DNA of 20,104 nt from NCBI GenBank assembly GCA_038893995.1, contig JAWAQK010000037.1:1-20104 (forward strand). Direction: 5' to 3'. Position numbers and translations under genes: made by a program. The notes below the pieces were generated by a model, which worked only from the letters and a program-made list of their open reading frames with translations, searched no databases and was not told the origin of the DNA. This document shows, in pieces, positions 17,414-20,104 of this stretch; position 1 is the first letter of the stretch; every line of letters begins with the position of its first letter. The DNA comes from Candidatus Thorarchaeota archaeon. Its GTDB lineage: Archaea > Asgardarchaeota > Thorarchaeia > Thorarchaeales > Thorarchaeaceae.

Positions 17414-19711
17414 TCACCCAGTGTACTGAAGAGTAAGTATACGCCTTATCGTCGCTGCCGTCTTCGGACCGACTCCCCTGGCCCTCTGCAACTCCTTTTC
17501 AGTGGCTGAGAATACCTTCTCCAGTGTGCCGAACTCTTGGAGAAGAGATCTCGATATCACAGTGTCCACACCTGGGAACCCTGATAGTATGTACTCGAGT
17601 GTTCGTGCCTCGTCATGTGTTGCTGGTGGTTGCCTTGTGCGTAGTGGTCTATGTGCATCAACTTGTTCCAAGTGCGCTATACGATACAGTACAGCTGCGC
17701 TCTCCTCTTCATTACGCGTCCATATGATGGGTATCTGAAGTCTTGTAGCTACTGATGCCAGCGTCCCAAAGATCGCAGCAGGGTTCATTCCACTAGCACC
17801 TACGATGTGTTCCCCCTCGATCAGCAACACCGGTCGACGATATGTTGCCCTCAGCGCAGAGAGCTGGACAAACAGGCGTCCATCAATGATAGACTGGACG
17901 AAGTCTGATGTGGTCTTTCTCTCGATAGCGGTCTCTTCTGATGCGATGTAGTCTCCGACATCCAGCTTCTCACCTGATATGCCCACTCCCATCCTGGTCA
18001 GCTCTCTCGCAACTCCGGTTGGAAGCTCACGAGAATCAACGATCAAAGAGATTGAATGATCTGTGGTTCTTGACACTGCAGTACTGCTGGCGTCATTTGC
18101 CTGCTCGGCTGAAGTTTCAAATTCCTCAAGGCTAGTCTGCATCTTCTCGGGATCCTGTGAGGCCTTTCTCAGTGCTTCAGGGATCTGTTTCAACTTCCTC
18201 ATCACACTCCAGTGATAGTATTCATCGTGTGTGCCCCTTGAGACAAGTATCACGACTCGGCCTGGTGCTCGACGTCCGGTCCGCCCCCTCCTCTGAATAT
18301 AGGGAACTACCGATGGGACACAGTCATAGAAGACCACGAGGTTGCACTCTGGAATGTCAAGGCCCTCTTCTCCCACCTGTGTTGCTACAAGTATATTGAA
18401 CTCATTCCTCCTGAATCCATCAAGTATCTCGACCTGCTTCTTCTGACTGAGCCCCCGGTCCATTCCACGTGAGCTCTGCCCGACGAAGCGACTGACTCTC
18501 GCGTTCTCCAACTGACTAAGGGTTTCGACGACCTCTGTTGCTGTGTCCCTGAATCTTGTGAACACGAGCACTCTAGAATCCGCGTTCGCAGAGATCTGCT
18601 CACTGACTATTTCTAGCAGAGCGTCAGCCTTCGGATGGCGCAGTCCCTTGCTTATGAGTGCATTCAGTAGTTTCTCGAACTGCTTAAACTCCTCCCGCCC
18701 CAGGAGGTCCCGCAGGCCTTTGGACGATCTCTGATTGAGCGCCTCCTCATACATTGACTCCACATACCTAGAGGTGGGCTCTAGACCCTGAGTTCCGACG
18801 AACTCTAACAGATGAACGACTCTTAACGCCGCAGTCAGCTGCCGGATGAGCATGAACAGACCCTTAGGAGGCGCAGTACTCTCTCCAATGAGTCGTCGAG
18901 TGTCCTCAAGCATCCTCAGGACCTCCCGCCGACTCAATCTCTTCTCATCTGGGACTGCAATCCCGTAATCCGCTGCGGGGGCAACATAGTCCCGAAGGAT
19001 ATTGCTCAGCAGGTCCCGCAGTGCCTCGATCTCAGGGGGAAGTGTGACATAGCGGATATCGTTCTGAACTGATACCATATATGGTCTGACGTCGGGACTC
19101 TGTTCATTCCTCATTTCGATCCGACTCAGCCTCAGATTCTTGCATACCGTCTGGATATGCTCAGGATCGTGTCCCGGTGAAGCAGTGAGCCCCACAGAGC
19201 GTTGATCATGCCCCTGGGCCTCATACATGTCAGCAACGAACGTGTAGGCATAGTTTCCAACCCCCCTGTGTGCCTCATCATAGATTATCAGAGAAACATC
19301 ACTGAGATCATATGCCCGCTGAATCAGGTCATTCTGAAGTGCCTGAGGAGTCATCACTATCATGCGCGATTGCTCCCAGATGCCCCTTCGCTCCTCCGGA
19401 GGGTCGTTCCCCGTCATACAAACCACGAGATTCTCGTCAATATCGATCACTCTTCTGAGAAAGCGTGCTTGCTGTTCGGCCAGTGGACGTGATGGCGCAA
19501 GGAATAGAATCTTGGAGGTGGGGCATGCATGGAGTCTTCTCGCGGCCGCGAGGGCCGCAATCACAGTCTTTCCAAGCCCAGTACTGAGCACTATCATGGT
19601 GTTCTCTCGTGAGGCGATCTCCGATAGTGTGAGCTGGTATGCCCGCTCTTCAATCGAGTTCTTTCTTATGAATGGCAGGTCCACATAGCGTACATCTGAG
19701 GCCATATTCAT
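17414..19711 (-). CDS. hef: Hef: FANCM/Mph1-like SF2 helicase fused to an ERCC4 (XPF) nuclease and HhH domain
   Basis: RAYQ, STGLGKT, DEAHR, GLTASPG, HPK, RFVGQ, EEGLDIP and QRRGRTGR; nuclease motifs VDSRE, GDY, ERKT..DF..SIIDGRL..Q; HhH motifs PGVD and GVGPKTA. Start placed at 19711, with 19705 as an alternative. Confidence 0.95.
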   Translation of the reverse strand: MNMASDVRYVDLPFIRKNSIEERAYQLTLSEIASRENTMIVLSTGLGKTVIAALAAARRLHACPTSKILFLAPSRPLAEQQARFLRRVIDIDENLVVCMTGNDPPEERRGIWEQSRMIVMTPQALQNDLIQRAYDLSDVSLIIYDEAHRGVGNYAYTFVADMYEAQGHDQRSVGLTASPGHDPEHIQTVCKNLRLSRIEMRNEQSPDVRPYMVSVQNDIRYVTLPPEIEALRDLLSNILRDYVAPAADYGIAVPDEKRLSRREVLRMLEDTRRLIGESTAPPKGLFMLIRQLTAALRVVHLLEFVGTQGLEPTSRYVESMYEEALNQRSSKGLRDLLGREEFKQFEKLLNALISKGLRHPKADALLEIVSEQISANADSRVLVFTRFRDTATEVVETLSQLENARVSRFVGQSSRGMDRGLSQKKQVEILDGFRRNEFNILVATQVGEEGLDIPECNLVVFYDCVPSVVPYIQRRGRTGRRAPGRVVILVSRGTHDEYYHWSVMRKLKQIPEALRKASQDPEKMQTSLEEFETSAEQANDASSTAVSRTTDHSISLIVDSRELPTGVARELTRMGVGISGEKLDVGDYIASEETAIERKTTSDFVQSIIDGRLFVQLSALRATYRRPVLLIEGEHIVGASGMNPAAIFGTLASVATRLQIPIIWTRNEEESAAVLYRIAHLEQVDAHRPLRTRQPPATHDEARTLEYILSGFPGVDTVISRSLLQEFGTLEKVFSATEKELQRARGVGPKTAATIRRILTLQYTG

Positions 19712-19817
19712 GATCTCAACGCAGAATCGGGGTATTAAGACAATTCTATTCAGTTCACCGGATAATACACACTCTAAAGAGAGTTGATTTGAAACACCTG
19801 TTTCGGAGAACGTGGAT

Positions 19818-20104
19818 ATGACAGCCAAGGAAGAACTGCCCTGTATCGAAGCAGAGCTCTACGAACTCAGCATGCCCGGGCGACTACTCGGAAAAGAGGT
19901 GCTCGACAGCAGAGCGCGTAGGATAGGTATCGTCAGAAGTATTCGCATAGGTCTTCACCCCACGCGCTCAGAGCTGATAGTGAAGGGTGCTGAGGTTGAG
20001 TTTCCGGTGGACTTCTCAAAGGTGGAAACGGTCGGTACTGTGGTTCAACTGAACTCTGTGGTCAAGGATGCAGAGGAGATTGAGGTACACGAAGTCTTGA
20101 GACT
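19818..20104 (+). CDS. PRC-barrel domain protein, 3'-truncated (not in the supplied ORF track)
   Basis: Manual translation from the ATG at 19818: MTAKEELPCIEAELYELSMPGRLLGKEVLDSRARRIGIVRSIRIGLHPTRSELIVKGAEVEFPVDFSKVETVGTVVQLNSVVKDAEEIEVHEVLR. It shows the PRC pattern LLGKEV.D..+..IG.V..I.I and (I/V)....V..VG..V.L, and stays open to the window end. Confidence 0.75.
   Translation, partial: MTAKEELPCIEAELYELSMPGRLLGKEVLDSRARRIGIVRSIRIGLHPTRSELIVKGAEVEFPVDFSKVETVGTVVQLNSVVKDAEEIEVHEVLR

Noticed and set aside
340-19688. Many short antisense or alternate-frame ORFs (60-190 aa)
   Set aside because: They overlap well-supported genes and show no recognisable motifs, so they are treated as shadow ORFs.
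1-20104. CRISPR array, IS elements, rRNA, SRP RNA
   Set aside because: No regularly spaced repeats, transposase motifs or sufficiently long unexplained non-coding stretches were seen.

Overview
Archaeal chromosomal window of mostly housekeeping genes. An Asgard (Thorarchaeia-like) origin is plausible from protein style and gene content, but this is inference. In order: a 5'-truncated MutS-family ATPase; a Vps29-like metallophosphoesterase; an orphan protein; a tRNA-Asn(GUU) gene; a minus-strand run srp54 / trmY-like / DRG GTPase / trmJ / ZIP transporter; pyrI without pyrB; a partial A/V-type ATP synthase cluster (F, A, B) with a membrane protein between A and B; DUF2095; a radical SAM protein; archaeal GlmU; two winged-helix regulators; Hef helicase-nuclease; and a 3'-truncated PRC-barrel protein missing from the ORF track. 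The standout is the tRNA-Asn gene at 2931-3123. It reconstructs by hand into a canonical 76-nt cloverleaf after removing four short introns (22/23, 37/38, about 43/44, 59/60). Two introns have strict and two have relaxed bulge-helix-bulge (BHB) motifs, and one exon is only 6 nt. No mobile element or CRISPR array was seen.
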